Counted from the first letter of the stretch, positions 1-11,370 are shown. The stretch is 64,000 bases of DNA from Oligoflexales bacterium (GCA_045106415.1 JBGCEP010000025.1:1-64000), one strand, 5' to 3'. Numbers and translations are program-made. The notes: generated by a model not told the origin, from the sequence alone.

Positions 1-191
1 AAAACTACCGATACAACGAAGCATTAGATTGTTTTGTGGGCTGTCTTGCACAAAGAGATGTTCTTGGATACACAAGGTGGACAGAGGCTCATTGGCAAGA
101 GTTTGAGCCATCTCAAAAGTCAGAATCTCATTTCCAAAACAGGTTGAAAGCAGGCCAGGGCGCATTGATTCCGAAAGGAAAGAGCGTTTGA
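1..191 (+). CDS. Partial hypothetical protein (C-terminal end, runs off window start)
   Basis: Frame from nt 3 is open (NYRYNEALDCF...GKSV) to TGA at 189-191, overlapping the next TTG start (TTGA coupling). Confidence 0.55.
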   Translation, partial: NYRYNEALDCFVGCLAQRDVLGYTRWTEAHWQEFEPSQKSESHFQNRLKAGQGALIPKGKSV

Positions 192-454
192 TCAAAGTTC
201 GTACGGATGACATCAAAAAAATGTCAGATGATCTTGTGAGGCTTAGTGAAAGAGATATTTTCAAAGTAAAAAGGAGGGCTGTTTATCCTAAAAAACATGA
301 GTATTTAATGGATCTTTATCGCCGCATTCATTTTCTTACTGCTGTAGCAGATGATCTGCTACAAATAGGAAAGTTGGCAGAATTTTTGAAAATAATAGAA
401 AGCCGGCAATATGGAGATGATTATCGTACTTTTCTATTGGCGATGGACCCTTAG
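188..454 (+). CDS. Hypothetical protein
   Basis: 88 aa ORF, start coupled to upstream stop, AAAGGA upstream. Confidence 0.55.
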   Translation: MIKVRTDDIKKMSDDLVRLSERDIFKVKRRAVYPKKHEYLMDLYRRIHFLTAVADDLLQIGKLAEFLKIIESRQYGDDYRTFLLAMDP

Positions 455-465
455 AGGAATGGGCG

Positions 466-714
466 ATGCGAGACTTAAGAGGACTTTTGCCCCCTCAAGT
501 CTCGTTGCTGACGATGAAAACTCAGCTGCGGCCCACACGTCAAGAGCTGTTAGGGCAGTTGTATGCATTAGAGCGTTGTTGGGATCAAGTTGTTTCTTAT
601 TTAGCGCCCCATCATAACTATTCTATTTATGCTTCGACTCTATGTTTAGAGAGGTTGCCTTCATCGCATTCATTTAGCTTCTTTAATCAAGGTTGTGTAG
701 TGGGACCTTTATAA
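466..714 (+). CDS. Hypothetical protein
   Basis: 82 aa ORF preceded by AGAGGA RBS. Confidence 0.45.
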   Translation: MRDLRGLLPPQVSLLTMKTQLRPTRQELLGQLYALERCWDQVVSYLAPHHNYSIYASTLCLERLPSSHSFSFFNQGCVVGPL

Positions 715-748
715 AAATGAGTCTGAATCTCTATGGTTAGACAATGTT

Positions 749-934
749 TTACCAAAGGCCTGTGATCGCTTGTGGGGGTATAAATGATTGATGAGATTGG
801 TTGAGGTTGGCATATTTGACGGATTTAGAATTCCAGTTTTTATGAAGAGTAGGACTTATTGGTGTTTGTACCGGATATGGAAGTGGTGGACTCTGTGCTC
901 CGAGAATGAATAATGAAAAAAGTATTTGTAGCAT
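749..934 (-). CDS. Small secreted Pro-rich peptide, hypothetical
   Basis: AGGAG RBS 5 nt before ATG; hydrophobic N-terminus followed by Pro-rich segment. Confidence 0.5.
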   Translation of the reverse strand: MLQILFSLFILGAQSPPLPYPVQTPISPTLHKNWNSKSVKYANLNQSHQSFIPPQAITGLW

Positions 935-1197
935 AAAGGCTCCTTTGCTTGATCATAAATTGACCAAAAATGGTTAGTGCTTGTACCCTGTCATAGGGTA
1001 GGCTTATGTTCTCGGTTTGATGTTCCTTAAGAAAAAATCATGCTAGGAAAGGCTTTTTTAAGCCTTTTTGTTTTAGTAGGTTGGCGATGCCGCTTTAATA
1101 TTTGATTTTTATCAAAATTTGGTTGTCATATGCTTTTACACTCAGGTGCGGGTCGGTTATCCTGTCTGATATAGCTTCGTGTGTAGGAGTCGTGATC

Positions 1198-2154
1198 TTG
1201 AAACGAGTTTTGATAGCAGGTGGTGCTGGCTTTTTAGGAAGTCATTTATCGGCAAGATATTTAGATATGGGCTGGGAGGTATTGTGCCTTGATAATCTCC
1301 AAACAGGTCGCAAATCGAATATTGATGAATTACAAAAGCATTCAAATTTTGAATGGGTGAGGCATGATATTACAGAGCCTTATTTTGCAGAAGTTGATTT
1401 GGTTTTGAGTTTTGCTTGTCCCGCGAGCCCAGTTCATTATCAAGCAGATCCTATTCGAACGATGAAAACTAGTGTACTAGGGGCGCTTCACTTATTAGAG
1501 TTAGCAAATCGTTGTGGAGCTCGTATTGTTCAAGCTTCAACATCTGAGGTTTATGGAGACCCTTTAGAGCATCCTCAGTCAGAGAGCTACTGGGGGCATG
1601 TAAACCCTATTGGGATTCGCAGTTGTTATGACGAAGGTAAGCGGGCCGCAGAGACATTGTTTATGGATTATAAAAGAACGTATCAGACAGATATCCGTTT
1701 GATTCGTATTTTTAATACGTATGGCCCTCAAATGTGTATGGATGATGGGCGAGTGGTGAGTAACTTTATTGCTCAAGCCCTGCAGAATAAATCATTAACG
1801 ATTTATGGTGATGGCTCGCAGACTCGATCGTTTTGTTATGTTTCAGATCTGGTTGAAGGGATTGTGCGTATAGCGAGTGATGATAGAGAAGATGCTACAG
1901 GCCCATGGAATTTGGGGAATGATATGGAGTTTTCGATACGTGAGCTTGCTGAGGAAGTTTTAAAACAGACAGGGTCGTTATCGAGTCTTCAGGTTTTGCC
2001 TTTGCCCTCTGATGATCCAAAGGTACGGCGTCCAGATCTTTCAAAAACAAAAAGACGGTTTGATTGGTCACCTCAGGTCTCATTAGTTGAAGGAATAGCA
2101 AAAACAGTTCCTTATTTTAAATCGCTCCTAGATACAAAAAGAGGATTACTATGA
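1198..2154 (+). CDS. uxs: UDP-glucuronate decarboxylase (UDP-xylose synthase), extended SDR
   Basis: GGAGFLG, ACPASPVHYQ, STSEVYG, YDEGKR, RIFNTYGP motifs; start moved to the TTG after AGGAG. Confidence 0.92.
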   Translation: MKRVLIAGGAGFLGSHLSARYLDMGWEVLCLDNLQTGRKSNIDELQKHSNFEWVRHDITEPYFAEVDLVLSFACPASPVHYQADPIRTMKTSVLGALHLLELANRCGARIVQASTSEVYGDPLEHPQSESYWGHVNPIGIRSCYDEGKRAAETLFMDYKRTYQTDIRLIRIFNTYGPQMCMDDGRVVSNFIAQALQNKSLTIYGDGSQTRSFCYVSDLVEGIVRIASDDREDATGPWNLGNDMEFSIRELAEEVLKQTGSLSSLQVLPLPSDDPKVRRPDLSKTKRRFDWSPQVSLVEGIAKTVPYFKSLLDTKRGLL

Positions 2155-3491
2155 AATTAGCTATTGTTGGTACAGGTTACGTGGGACTTGTTTCTGGGAC
2201 ATGCTTTGCAGAGATTGGCCACCATGTTACCTGTGTGGATTTAGATGAAGAGAAAGTAATGGGTTTAATCGATGGGAAAAGTCCTATTTATGAGCCAGGC
2301 TTAGAAGATATGATTAAAAGCAATATTCTTTCTTCTAGGCTTCATTTTACAACTTCTTTGGAGTCAGCTCTTGTTTCGGCAGAAACAGTGTTTATCGCAG
2401 TGGGGACACCTCCTGGAGAAAATGGTTCTGCTGATATTCATGCGGTAGAAGCTGTTGCTCGTGATATTGCTAAACATATGACGCAAGAACTTCTCGTGAT
2501 TGTTAAATCAACGGTACCAGTAGGGACATGTGATCGAGTTGAAGATTTGATGTCACAAGAGCTTAAAGAAAGAGGCGTCTCAATACCTTTTCAAGTCGCA
2601 TCAAATCCAGAATTTTTAAAAGAAGGGCAAGCGATTCAAGATTTTATGCGTCCTGAAAGAGTTGTGGTAGGCTACGAACATGCATTAGCTGCACCTAAAC
2701 TACGCGAAATTTATGAGCCTTTGATTAAGGATGATCCATTTCGATTGGTTCAAACTAATCGTAAGTCAAGTGAAATGGCAAAATATGCTTCGAATGCAAT
2801 GCTGGCAACTCGTATTAGCTTTATGAATGAGCTCTCGCGCTTAGCGTCAAAAGTTGGTGCCGACATGGATGATATTCGAGTCGCCATGGGCAGTGATTCT
2901 CGGATTGGACGAAAATTTTTATATGCAGGACCTGGGTATGGCGGATCTTGTTTTCCTAAAGATGTGCTAGCGCTTGCAAATACAGCAAAGACATATGATA
3001 CCCCGATGCTTGTGCTGGATGCTGTAATGGAAGCAAATGATGCTCAAAAACGATGGGTTGCGAATATTGTGTTGGATACATATAAAGGCAACATGTCAGG
3101 GCTTACGATTGCAGTATGGGGTTTGGCTTTTAAACCAGGAACTGATGATGTCAGAGAAACTCCAGCACATCATATGGTGAAAACTATTTTAGCTGCAGGT
3201 GGTCGTATTAAAGCTCATGATCCAGAGGGAGTGGAAAATTTTAAAAAACTTCTTGGGTCCTCAACTGGTATTGAATATGTGAAATCCCCATATGAAGCGA
3301 CTCAGAATGCAGATGGTTTAGTACTCATGACGGAATGGAATTTATATAAGCAACTCGATTGGACAAATCTTGCAGCAACAATGAAACATAAAAAAATATT
3401 TGATTTTAGAAATCAGTATTGTTTAAAAGATGCTAAAGAACATGGTTTTTATTATAAGTGTATTGGGCGTGAAGAATCGAGAACATCATAG
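2151..3491 (+). CDS. ugd: UDP-glucose 6-dehydrogenase
   Basis: GTGYVG, KSTVPVGT, NPEFLKEG, GYGGSCFPKD, GLAFKPGTDD. Confidence 0.96.
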   Translation: MKLAIVGTGYVGLVSGTCFAEIGHHVTCVDLDEEKVMGLIDGKSPIYEPGLEDMIKSNILSSRLHFTTSLESALVSAETVFIAVGTPPGENGSADIHAVEAVARDIAKHMTQELLVIVKSTVPVGTCDRVEDLMSQELKERGVSIPFQVASNPEFLKEGQAIQDFMRPERVVVGYEHALAAPKLREIYEPLIKDDPFRLVQTNRKSSEMAKYASNAMLATRISFMNELSRLASKVGADMDDIRVAMGSDSRIGRKFLYAGPGYGGSCFPKDVLALANTAKTYDTPMLVLDAVMEANDAQKRWVANIVLDTYKGNMSGLTIAVWGLAFKPGTDDVRETPAHHMVKTILAAGGRIKAHDPEGVENFKKLLGSSTGIEYVKSPYEATQNADGLVLMTEWNLYKQLDWTNLAATMKHKKIFDFRNQYCLKDAKEHGFYYKCIGREESRTS

Positions 3492-3513
3492 TTTTCATAG
3501 TTTTTTCTGAGTG

Positions 3514-3544
3514 AATAAAAAAGAGCGAAAGCTCTTTTTTTATT
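3514..3544 (+). terminator. Rho-independent terminator
   Basis: AATAAAAAAGAGC-GAAA-GCTCTTTTTTTATT stem with GNRA loop after ugd. Confidence 0.85.
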
Positions 3545-3698
3545 TTAAGCTTCTTTTTCTTTACAAATTCTTACAGTGTGTTCTTTCAAAGGTTCAATAA
3601 TCTATTGATATCAATATCAATTCGATATACAGAAGATATATCTATACGAAGTTGTGATAAATAGAATCTTGTTCGTTTTTGACCGGAGACTTAGCCAT

Positions 3699-4709
3699 AT
3701 GGAAAATTTCTCAGTACAATCAGAGAAATATATTGCTCAACCTAGACACGATACTGATTATGAAACAGCAAGCCATATGATGGCTTTGCCTTTTCCTAGA
3801 TTAATGAGGCTTGCTCAGCAGGTTCATCAGAATCATCATCGAGATGATGAAGTGCAAATGGCAACTTTGCTTTCTATTAAAACAGGAGGGTGTAAGGAGA
3901 ATTGCCATTATTGCCCTCAAAGTGCGCACCATCAGAGTGAAGTCGATGCTCATGGGTTGCTTTCTGTTGAAACGGTTCTTGCTTCTGCTCGTAAAGCAAA
4001 GCAAGCTGGAGCGACACGATTTTGTATGGGGGCGGCTTGGAGAAACCCTCCTGAAAAAGGGCCGCAGTTTGGACGTGTCTTAGAAATTGTTAGAGAAGTG
4101 AAACAACTTGGTATGGAAGTTTGTACAACACTTGGAATGCTATCCGAAACACAAGCTCAAGCTTTGCAAGAAGCAGGTGTTTACGCATACAACCATAACC
4201 TTGATACTTCTCCTGAATATTATGACCAAATTGTTTCGACTCGTACTTATCAAGATCGTTTAGACACTTTGTCTCATGTTCGAGATTCTGGAATGCAAGT
4301 TTGCTGTGGTGGGATTGTCGGGATGGGTGAGACACGAGAAGATCGATTAAAGCTTTTGCTGCAGTTGCATCATATGGACCCTCACCCAGAGAGTGTTCCG
4401 ATTAATTTATTGGTAAGAGTTGAAGGAACACCTTTATCAGATCAAGATGATTTTGATATTTTTGAAATGATTCGTACGATTGCGATGGCTCGAATTTTAA
4501 TGCCTAAAAGTCGAGTCAGACTATCCGCAGGTCGTACTCAAATGAGTGATGAAGCTCAAGCCTTGGCTTTTTTAGCTGGTGCAAATTCTATTTTTGGTGG
4601 TGATAGACTTTTAACAACTCCAAACCCAGGAGATTCTGAGGATGAGCGGCTTTTAAGTCGCTTAGGCATGCGCATGTCAAAGCTCGAGAACTCTGCATAT
4701 GAGCACTAA
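3699..4709 (+). CDS. bioB: Biotin synthase
   Basis: [11 protein letters not shown] radical SAM motif, [23 protein letters not shown] at 3699 after GGAG. Confidence 0.96.
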   Translation: MENFSVQSEKYIAQPRHDTDYETASHMMALPFPRLMRLAQQVHQNHHRDDEVQMATLLSIKTGGCKENCHYCPQSAHHQSEVDAHGLLSVETVLASARKAKQAGATRFCMGAAWRNPPEKGPQFGRVLEIVREVKQLGMEVCTTLGMLSETQAQALQEAGVYAYNHNLDTSPEYYDQIVSTRTYQDRLDTLSHVRDSGMQVCCGGIVGMGETREDRLKLLLQLHHMDPHPESVPINLLVRVEGTPLSDQDDFDIFEMIRTIAMARILMPKSRVRLSAGRTQMSDEAQALAFLAGANSIFGGDRLLTTPNPGDSEDERLLSRLGMRMSKLENSAYEH

Positions 4710-5853
4710 GGGGAACCTAAGTTGGCAAATATTAGAGCAACGCTCAAAAGATTTGTTGTGCACACTTGACAGCTCTCAATCATTAAGATCTCCAGTCATG
4801 AAACCGCAGTATGGTCTAGATTTTTGTTCGAACGATTACCTGGGATCAAGGACAGATGATGATCTTCAAGGGGATATTCGAGAACGAGTTTTGCATATTC
4901 CATTTGCGAGTGGTGGCAGTCGTTTGTTGGGTGCAGACCACAGAGACTATCAGAATCTTGAGCTTCAATTTGCTCTTTGGAAAAAAGCTCCTGCATCACT
5001 GTTTTTTTCATCAGGATATGCAGCGAATCTCGCCGTAGGCGGTGTTTTAAGATCACTGGGAGCATGTGTGTTTTCGGATCGTTTAAACCACGCGAGCATG
5101 ATTGATGGACAAAGAACTGCTAAAAACGGGAATTGTGTTGTTTTTCAACATAATGACCTGGAAGACCTTGAGGATAAAATTAGGACAAATGATAGTGACC
5201 TTAAAGTCATTTGTACGGAATCGTTGTTTAGTATGGGAGGAGATCGAGCTCCTCTTCAAGAATTAAATCGCCTTGCTAAAAGACAGCACTGTATTCTTGT
5301 CCTTGATGAAGCCCATAGCGTAGGTTGTGAGGGGGAAGATGGAGCAGGGAGTCTTTCGCGTGCCGAGATCGACCATGATCACATCATCACGATAAACCCT
5401 TGTGGTAAAGCCCTTGGGGCTCAAGGGGCTTTTGTCGCTGGTCCTAGGTGGTTTTTGGATTGCTTAGTGAATAAAGGGCGTAGCTTTATCTACTCGACAG
5501 CACCATCGCCTTGGGTGGTCCAAGCTCTCCATGCTGTTTTAGAAAGAATGAGATCATGGGAGAAAAAAAGAGTTCAACTTCATTCGAATATGGAGTGGAT
5601 ACGGAGTTTATTTTTAGAGCATGATATTGTTGCTCCTACACAAAGTTGGATTGTGCCTATCGTAGTGGGAGAAGATGAAAATGCAGTTAGGTTTTCAAAT
5701 GCTTTACGCGCCCAAGGGGTTCATCTTGCAGCAATACGTCCCCCAACTGTTCCAGTAGGAAGTGCTGGTTTAAGGCTCTCGTTAAGGAGCGATATGACAG
5801 CTGAAGAAATAAGCTGCTGTGTTCGAGCTTTGAAAGAAACGATGTTCTGTTGA
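4699..5853 (+). CDS. bioF: 8-amino-7-oxononanoate synthase
   Basis: [38 protein letters not shown]. Confidence 0.93.
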   Translation: MSTKGNLSWQILEQRSKDLLCTLDSSQSLRSPVMKPQYGLDFCSNDYLGSRTDDDLQGDIRERVLHIPFASGGSRLLGADHRDYQNLELQFALWKKAPASLFFSSGYAANLAVGGVLRSLGACVFSDRLNHASMIDGQRTAKNGNCVVFQHNDLEDLEDKIRTNDSDLKVICTESLFSMGGDRAPLQELNRLAKRQHCILVLDEAHSVGCEGEDGAGSLSRAEIDHDHIITINPCGKALGAQGAFVAGPRWFLDCLVNKGRSFIYSTAPSPWVVQALHAVLERMRSWEKKRVQLHSNMEWIRSLFLEHDIVAPTQSWIVPIVVGEDENAVRFSNALRAQGVHLAAIRPPTVPVGSAGLRLSLRSDMTAEEISCCVRALKETMFC

Positions 5854-5896
5854 GCATGATAATATCTAAAGCATGAAAGTTATTTAAGGTGTTTTT

Positions 5897-7264
5897 ATGT
5901 TGTCAAGTGATGCTCTTAGTACGCTGTGCTGTCCTGTATGCAAAGAATCCTTTACGGCAAACAATCATGTTTATCGGTGTAAATCATGCGATTATCAGTT
6001 GGAGACATGGGGTGAAACTCCATGGCTTTTTTCAAACCCGTATAGGGTGAGAGGAGAGTGGAAAAATCGTTATGAATATACATTGGCTCATTATGAATCG
6101 ATGGCTCAAGGGATTCATGACTCGTTAGAGAAAAAGCAACTTCGAACTTCAACCCAAAAAAGATTAAGAAGACATGTTCAGGCTTTAGGTGAGCAACGAA
6201 AAACTTTGATGAAAGTGCTTTCTCCTTTAGATATGCAAAATGCAAAACAACGAGGAGTATATCAGGCAGGGTCAACATCTTTACCTGAAAGTCAACCTCT
6301 TATGGGCTATTACCATAATATATTAAGAGATTGGGCATGGGGAGAGCAAGAGAATGAACAAAGTGCCAGGCTTGTTTTAGATTTGATTGATGGCCAGTTT
6401 ATGGCCGAGAAATGGTTGGTCTTAGGAGCTGGAGCAGGACGCCTTGCGTATGATCTTCATCAAAAAAAGCAAGGCCTGACTATCGCCACAGATTTAAATC
6501 CATTCTTACTTTGGGTCTCAAAAAAAATGACAAGTTATCAGTCCATGTCCTTGAAGGAGTTTCCTTTATCTCCAAAAAAACTTGATGATGCTGCACAGTC
6601 ATGGAAGTGTCGAGCTCCAGCGCGTTCACGTGAAGGCTTAAGCTTTATCTTGCATAATGCTTTTGAGCCTGGTTTTAAAGATGAAAGTTTCCAAGTTGTT
6701 CTGACACCATGGTTTTTAGATATTGTTCATGAAGACCTTTTGGATTCTGCTATTATGGTAAATCGTTTACTTCCTGAGGGAGGGGTTTGGCTGAATTTAG
6801 GGTCTATGGCTTTTTTTCATGAAGACAAAGCAAAGTGTTATTCAAGGCAAGAAGTTATTGAAGTTATTCAAGAGGCAGGTTTTGAGGTTTTAAAAACGCT
6901 GGAAAAAGATATACCGTACATGAATTCGCCGAGTAGTTGCCAGAAAAGATATGAAAATGTATTTTCATTTGCTGCAAGAAAATTAAAAACAATCAAATCT
7001 CAGCCAAAAGAATCTTTAGACCCTGTGTGGCTTCAAGATATTCAAAAACCTATTGAGCGTTTGTCGGCTTTTGAAGAAGTGGGTCTGTCTCAAAAGTTTG
7101 TCGCTCAAATTTTAGGGTGTATTGACGGTAAAAAAAGTATTTTTGACTTAGCTGGTTTACTTGCTGAAGACTCAGGCTTAGAGCAGCAACAGTGTATTGA
7201 TTTGGTTGCACAGATGGTGCGGCAGGTTTATGTGAACCATCTGAAGGATCAAAATTTTCGGTGA
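5897..7264 (+). CDS. SAM-dependent methyltransferase, N2227/carnosine N-methyltransferase-like, with N-terminal Zn-ribbon
   Basis: CPVC...CKSC; LRDWAWG; LVLGAGAGRLAYDL; VVLTPWFLD; LLPEGGVWLNLG. Confidence 0.7.
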   Translation: MLSSDALSTLCCPVCKESFTANNHVYRCKSCDYQLETWGETPWLFSNPYRVRGEWKNRYEYTLAHYESMAQGIHDSLEKKQLRTSTQKRLRRHVQALGEQRKTLMKVLSPLDMQNAKQRGVYQAGSTSLPESQPLMGYYHNILRDWAWGEQENEQSARLVLDLIDGQFMAEKWLVLGAGAGRLAYDLHQKKQGLTIATDLNPFLLWVSKKMTSYQSMSLKEFPLSPKKLDDAAQSWKCRAPARSREGLSFILHNAFEPGFKDESFQVVLTPWFLDIVHEDLLDSAIMVNRLLPEGGVWLNLGSMAFFHEDKAKCYSRQEVIEVIQEAGFEVLKTLEKDIPYMNSPSSCQKRYENVFSFAARKLKTIKSQPKESLDPVWLQDIQKPIERLSAFEEVGLSQKFVAQILGCIDGKKSIFDLAGLLAEDSGLEQQQCIDLVAQMVRQVYVNHLKDQNFR

Positions 7265-7806
7265 TTCTTTTTTTTAAGAGTCCAATACTTTTGTATTTTT
7301 TTTATAGTTTGTGTGCCGCCCCAACAAACTCCTCCTACTAGCCCCCCTAAGATTGCTGTGTCGATAGCGAGTGATGCCATATAAAAAGAGGAGTGTAAAA
7401 GATTTTTACTTGTGAGGCTTTGTGGTCCTAAAATCCCAGGTTTGACATTCCCAAAAAGTCTCATTAGCCCAGATCCAGGTCCTGTGGCGACAGTAAGTCC
7501 TATTTGATCACCGAGAAGGAGTGGAACCCAGCTAAGTGCTGTGTGCCACAAAAGCATATTATTGTGCATGTAAATATGCTGCCTAGCCTGTAATGGTCCT
7601 AGCCATAAAGGTTTGAGGATATCGATGAGCCCTAGAGAGGCACCGAGTGTAAATCCGATTTTTGCACCATATTGAGCATGTTGGATAAGCCCATGAAGTT
7701 TGTTTGGGGCTATGGAGGATTTATCTGTGTGAAGAGACAAAGGAACAGCGGATGCAGATGCTGATATCAAGCTATATATGAGGATTTTTTTTATTAAACT
7801 TAGCAT
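7249..7806 (-). CDS. Hypothetical membrane/secreted protein (Gly-rich hydrophobic segments)
   Basis: Signal-like N-terminus, GxxxG-rich helices, GAGG RBS. Confidence 0.6.
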   Translation of the reverse strand: MLSLIKKILIYSLISASASAVPLSLHTDKSSIAPNKLHGLIQHAQYGAKIGFTLGASLGLIDILKPLWLGPLQARQHIYMHNNMLLWHTALSWVPLLLGDQIGLTVATGPGSGLMRLFGNVKPGILGPQSLTSKNLLHSSFYMASLAIDTAILGGLVGGVCWGGTQTIKKIQKYWTLKKKNHRKF

Positions 7807-7995
7807 AGAAGCCTCTTAACACGGGATCTCAAAAAGAGATTATCACAGAGGATATTTCTATTGTGAACTCGAATCGCCACTTTATGTAACAATTTGTTTT
7901 TTAACATCTAATTAATTTTTTTTGTTTGAAAAACAGTCCGTTGCGGTTATTGATTGTTTTGTTGTTAAGGTGTTATAGGTGAAAGCAATGATTTT

Positions 7996-9279
7996 ATGGT
8001 AGGTGATGTTATGACAAAAAATGTTTTTGTTTTGTCTGTGTTCTTGACGCAGTTGCTTTATCCTTACCCTTCTTTGAAAGGGTGTGCTCATGGCTTAGTT
8101 CATAAGCCAGCTAAGAATGTCATTTTGTTTATTGGCGACGGCATGGGTTTGGCGTCTTTGACTGGTTCTCGAATATGGGCTCATGGTTCGGCGGGTCAGC
8201 TTCATATAGAAAAGCTACCGACAATCGGTTTGGTAAAGACTTTTTCGTCTTCGGATTATGTGACGGATTCTGCGGCTGCTGCAACAACGTTGGCAAGTGG
8301 AGTTAAAACTTACAATGGCGCGATTGGAGTGAGTGATCCTGAGTATGATCCAACTCGTTCTTCCCGAGATGTTGAAACATTAATCGATGTTGCTAAAAAA
8401 TTAGGAAAATCCACAGGAATTATTTCAACAGCAAGAGTGACTCATGCAACGCCAGCATCTTTTTATGCGCATACAAATCATCGATCAAACGAAGCTATAG
8501 TTGCACAGCAAATTGCAACTTCACAGCTAGATCTCTTATTCGGTGGTGGGATAAAAGGGGTCGATCATAAAGAAAGTTTTTTAAAGAATCTAAACGCTCA
8601 TGAATGGGTTCTTATTCAAAATAAATCACAGCTTTTTGATGAATTCGGGACAAAGAAAGTTCTCGGAGTTTTTTCAAAAAGCCATATGTCTTATGAGTCA
8701 AATCGAGATCTATCGAGCTCTGAGCCTTCTCTTCAAAATATGGTGGATGCGGCTGTGACTTTATTAAAGAAAAATCCTAGTGGTTTTTTCTTGGTTGTTG
8801 AAAGTGGACGCATTGATCACGCTGCTCACTTAAATGATGCAAGAAATCATTTCAATGAAATTCAAATTTTTGATCAAGTCATAGGAAAAGAATATGACAG
8901 AGACCATTCAGAAACCTTAATTATTGTCACGTCAGATCATGAAACAGGTGGGTTAGCTCTTAGCGGATATCAAGGACGAAAAGAAACTCGTGGTGAGAAT
9001 CTTTTTTTTCCAAATAGTAATCAAAGGCATTTTGTGAGTTTTGCAAGTGGTCCTGGTCATAGTGGTGATCATTTTCTTATACAACCTTCCCTCTACCTCT
9101 CAGAAGTTGCGATGCACACCGCTGTTGATGTCCCTATTTTTTCTGCGGGTCCTTGTTCATCTTTTTTTCAAGGATTTATGGGGAATGATGATATAGCGTG
9201 GAAAATAGCTAAATCTATGGGGGGACGCTTTACATCAAAAGTCAATATTGAGAATTGGAAGCTTTATGTAAAACCATAA
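7996..9279 (+). CDS. phoA: Alkaline phosphatase (PhoA family)
   Basis: FIGDGMG, TDSAAAAT, HATPA, ESGRIDHAAH, TSDHETGG, HTAVDV. Confidence 0.93.
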   Translation: MVGDVMTKNVFVLSVFLTQLLYPYPSLKGCAHGLVHKPAKNVILFIGDGMGLASLTGSRIWAHGSAGQLHIEKLPTIGLVKTFSSSDYVTDSAAAATTLASGVKTYNGAIGVSDPEYDPTRSSRDVETLIDVAKKLGKSTGIISTARVTHATPASFYAHTNHRSNEAIVAQQIATSQLDLLFGGGIKGVDHKESFLKNLNAHEWVLIQNKSQLFDEFGTKKVLGVFSKSHMSYESNRDLSSSEPSLQNMVDAAVTLLKKNPSGFFLVVESGRIDHAAHLNDARNHFNEIQIFDQVIGKEYDRDHSETLIIVTSDHETGGLALSGYQGRKETRGENLFFPNSNQRHFVSFASGPGHSGDHFLIQPSLYLSEVAMHTAVDVPIFSAGPCSSFFQGFMGNDDIAWKIAKSMGGRFTSKVNIENWKLYVKP

Positions 9280-9376
9280 GTTTTGTTTTGAATTGAAAAC
9301 ATAGCTTTATTGAATGATTTTCTATCAAGGTCATGATACAGCAACTGCGATTAGCTTGATCTTAACCGTGAACACA

Positions 9377-9736
9377 CTAAAGATAACTTGTGCTATATGA
9401 TTTTGAAATTGTTCTGAGTACTTGTGGGGGCTGTCTGTTACGCAACTTTCCAACGTAACAAGATGTTTTTTTAGGTTTTTTTTGTTGCGTTGATGCAGCT
9501 AAATGAAGGAGACGCTTTTTACGGCTATCTTTTGTTGTGGTTTGTACAATGTCTGTTGCAATTGATAGAAAAGAAAAGTCGTGTAGCTGAGTATTTAAAT
9601 AGTCTTCAGAGTCCAGCTCGACAAATGCGCCGTATTCATCGCATTGATCTCCGATGCTCCATATCGGACGTATTGGGTTTGAAGACCCATAAGATGTTAT
9701 AAATAAAGTAAGTAGTATTATGATTCTAGTCTGCAC
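9377..9736 (-). CDS. Hypothetical secreted protein
   Basis: AAGGAG RBS before GTG; signal-peptide-like N-terminus. Confidence 0.6.
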   Translation of the reverse strand: MQTRIIILLTLFITSYGSSNPIRPIWSIGDQCDEYGAFVELDSEDYLNTQLHDFSFLSIATDIVQTTTKDSRKKRLLHLAASTQQKKPKKTSCYVGKLRNRQPPQVLRTISKSYSTSYL

Positions 9737-10034
9737 GGTTGTCTCCTTATGACTTGAGGCGAGGAAAGTATCATAGAATACTAAAGAGTCAAATTTTTAT
9801 AAAAAAAGGTGCGTCTTTGGTGATATGATGACGTTTAAGTATATTTTTGATCTTTTCGGATAAGAAAAATGCTTTTAGAACTTTAGTTTTTTAAAAATAT
9901 TTAACACACACATAGATAATGTTTTAATTGCTACGGGGAACTTATTTTTGGTGAGACGTATCATGCTATGTGTGACGAATATTTTTGTTTATTTTGTTAT
10001 TTTAAGAGTATTCTGATGATTTACCAGAAAGGTA

Positions 10035-11228
10035 ATGAGAATGAATTGGGGATTAGTAATTTCTATTTTTGTGGTGATGTCTTTTTTGGTTTTTTGTTTT
10101 TATAAAAAAAAAATTTTTGGAAAAAAGAATAAAGAACATAAATCCCCTTATATCAAGAAAATGGATAAGCAAGCTCCAAAGGTAAAGTCTGAAGAGTGGG
10201 AGGAAAAATTTGGAACCTTTGTACGGGCATATCATAAGCATCATGTGAATCATGTTTTTTTTGTTCATGGGACTTTTGTAGGCGAAGATCCATTAGATTT
10301 TTTTTATTATTTGAATTCAACTTTTCGAAAAATTCTTCAGAAATATTTAAAACAAGCTAAAAAAATGATTGTAAAAGATAACGGTATGTTTTCAATTGAA
10401 TATGTTGATCTTTTTCAAAAGATGATGGGGGATGAAATCAAAGCTCATTATTTTCAATGGTCTTCAGGTAATCATCACTTTGCCCGTTTAAGTGGTGCTT
10501 TGAATCTTTTGTTTGAGCTCGCAGCATTATGTGTCGATAGAAAGTCAAAGCGATTTTTATTAATAGGTCATAGTCATGCAGGGCAGATTTTTGCAATTTT
10601 GTCACAAATGATTTGTGATGAGGAAAAAGGGAGAGTCTTGATTCAAAAAGCTTGTTTAGCAGGATATCCAAAGTCTTTTTATGAAATTTGTGAGACTCTC
10701 CACAGCATTCAAGGAATGAGGTTTGATCTTGTGACACTTGGCACCCCTGTTCGCTATGATTTTTTTCTCTCAAAAAAAATATCCTTACTACATATCATTA
10801 ATCACAGAAAGTTTAAGCAACCTGTGAACCCTTATAGAAGTATTTTGAATACAGAGTTTGGTGATTATATTCAGCACTGGGGAAGTTCAGGAACGGATAT
10901 AAAAAGTCCGATACCACAAGTTGAAAATGTTAATAAAGATTTAGATCATCTTTTTGATATTGGGAGAGATTTGAAATTATGGCGATCGCGTTTGAAAAAA
11001 GAGAGGCAGATCCCTAAGCAAGGAGTGACCCTGTTGGTGGATTATCAGGATCAGAGTTCTTCAATAAATTGTGTTACCACCTTATTTGGGCATGGTATTT
11101 ATACACGCATGAATACTATGTTGTTTCACGCTGAACAAATAGCCCTTTTTTTAGATGGGAATTTAGTCTCTGATGCGTTGAATCAGGGTGAATATGCTTC
11201 CATGCTTGGGAGTGAATTGTCTGGTTGA
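10035..11228 (+). CDS. Membrane-anchored alpha/beta-hydrolase-fold protein
   Basis: N-terminal TM helix; FVHGT, GHSHAG nucleophile elbow, VTLGTP. Confidence 0.7.
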   Translation: MRMNWGLVISIFVVMSFLVFCFYKKKIFGKKNKEHKSPYIKKMDKQAPKVKSEEWEEKFGTFVRAYHKHHVNHVFFVHGTFVGEDPLDFFYYLNSTFRKILQKYLKQAKKMIVKDNGMFSIEYVDLFQKMMGDEIKAHYFQWSSGNHHFARLSGALNLLFELAALCVDRKSKRFLLIGHSHAGQIFAILSQMICDEEKGRVLIQKACLAGYPKSFYEICETLHSIQGMRFDLVTLGTPVRYDFFLSKKISLLHIINHRKFKQPVNPYRSILNTEFGDYIQHWGSSGTDIKSPIPQVENVNKDLDHLFDIGRDLKLWRSRLKKERQIPKQGVTLLVDYQDQSSSINCVTTLFGHGIYTRMNTMLFHAEQIALFLDGNLVSDALNQGEYASMLGSELSG

Positions 11229-11370
11229 GGTAAAAGATTATGGTTTTATTTTTAGAACTCAGACTGTATTTGAAGACTGGTCTCATAATACGTCTTTTTT
11301 TATATATTTGAGATTGAAAAAAAGACGAAAGTCTTTGCGGGTATCGCTATAGTTTAGATGTTAATTTTTA

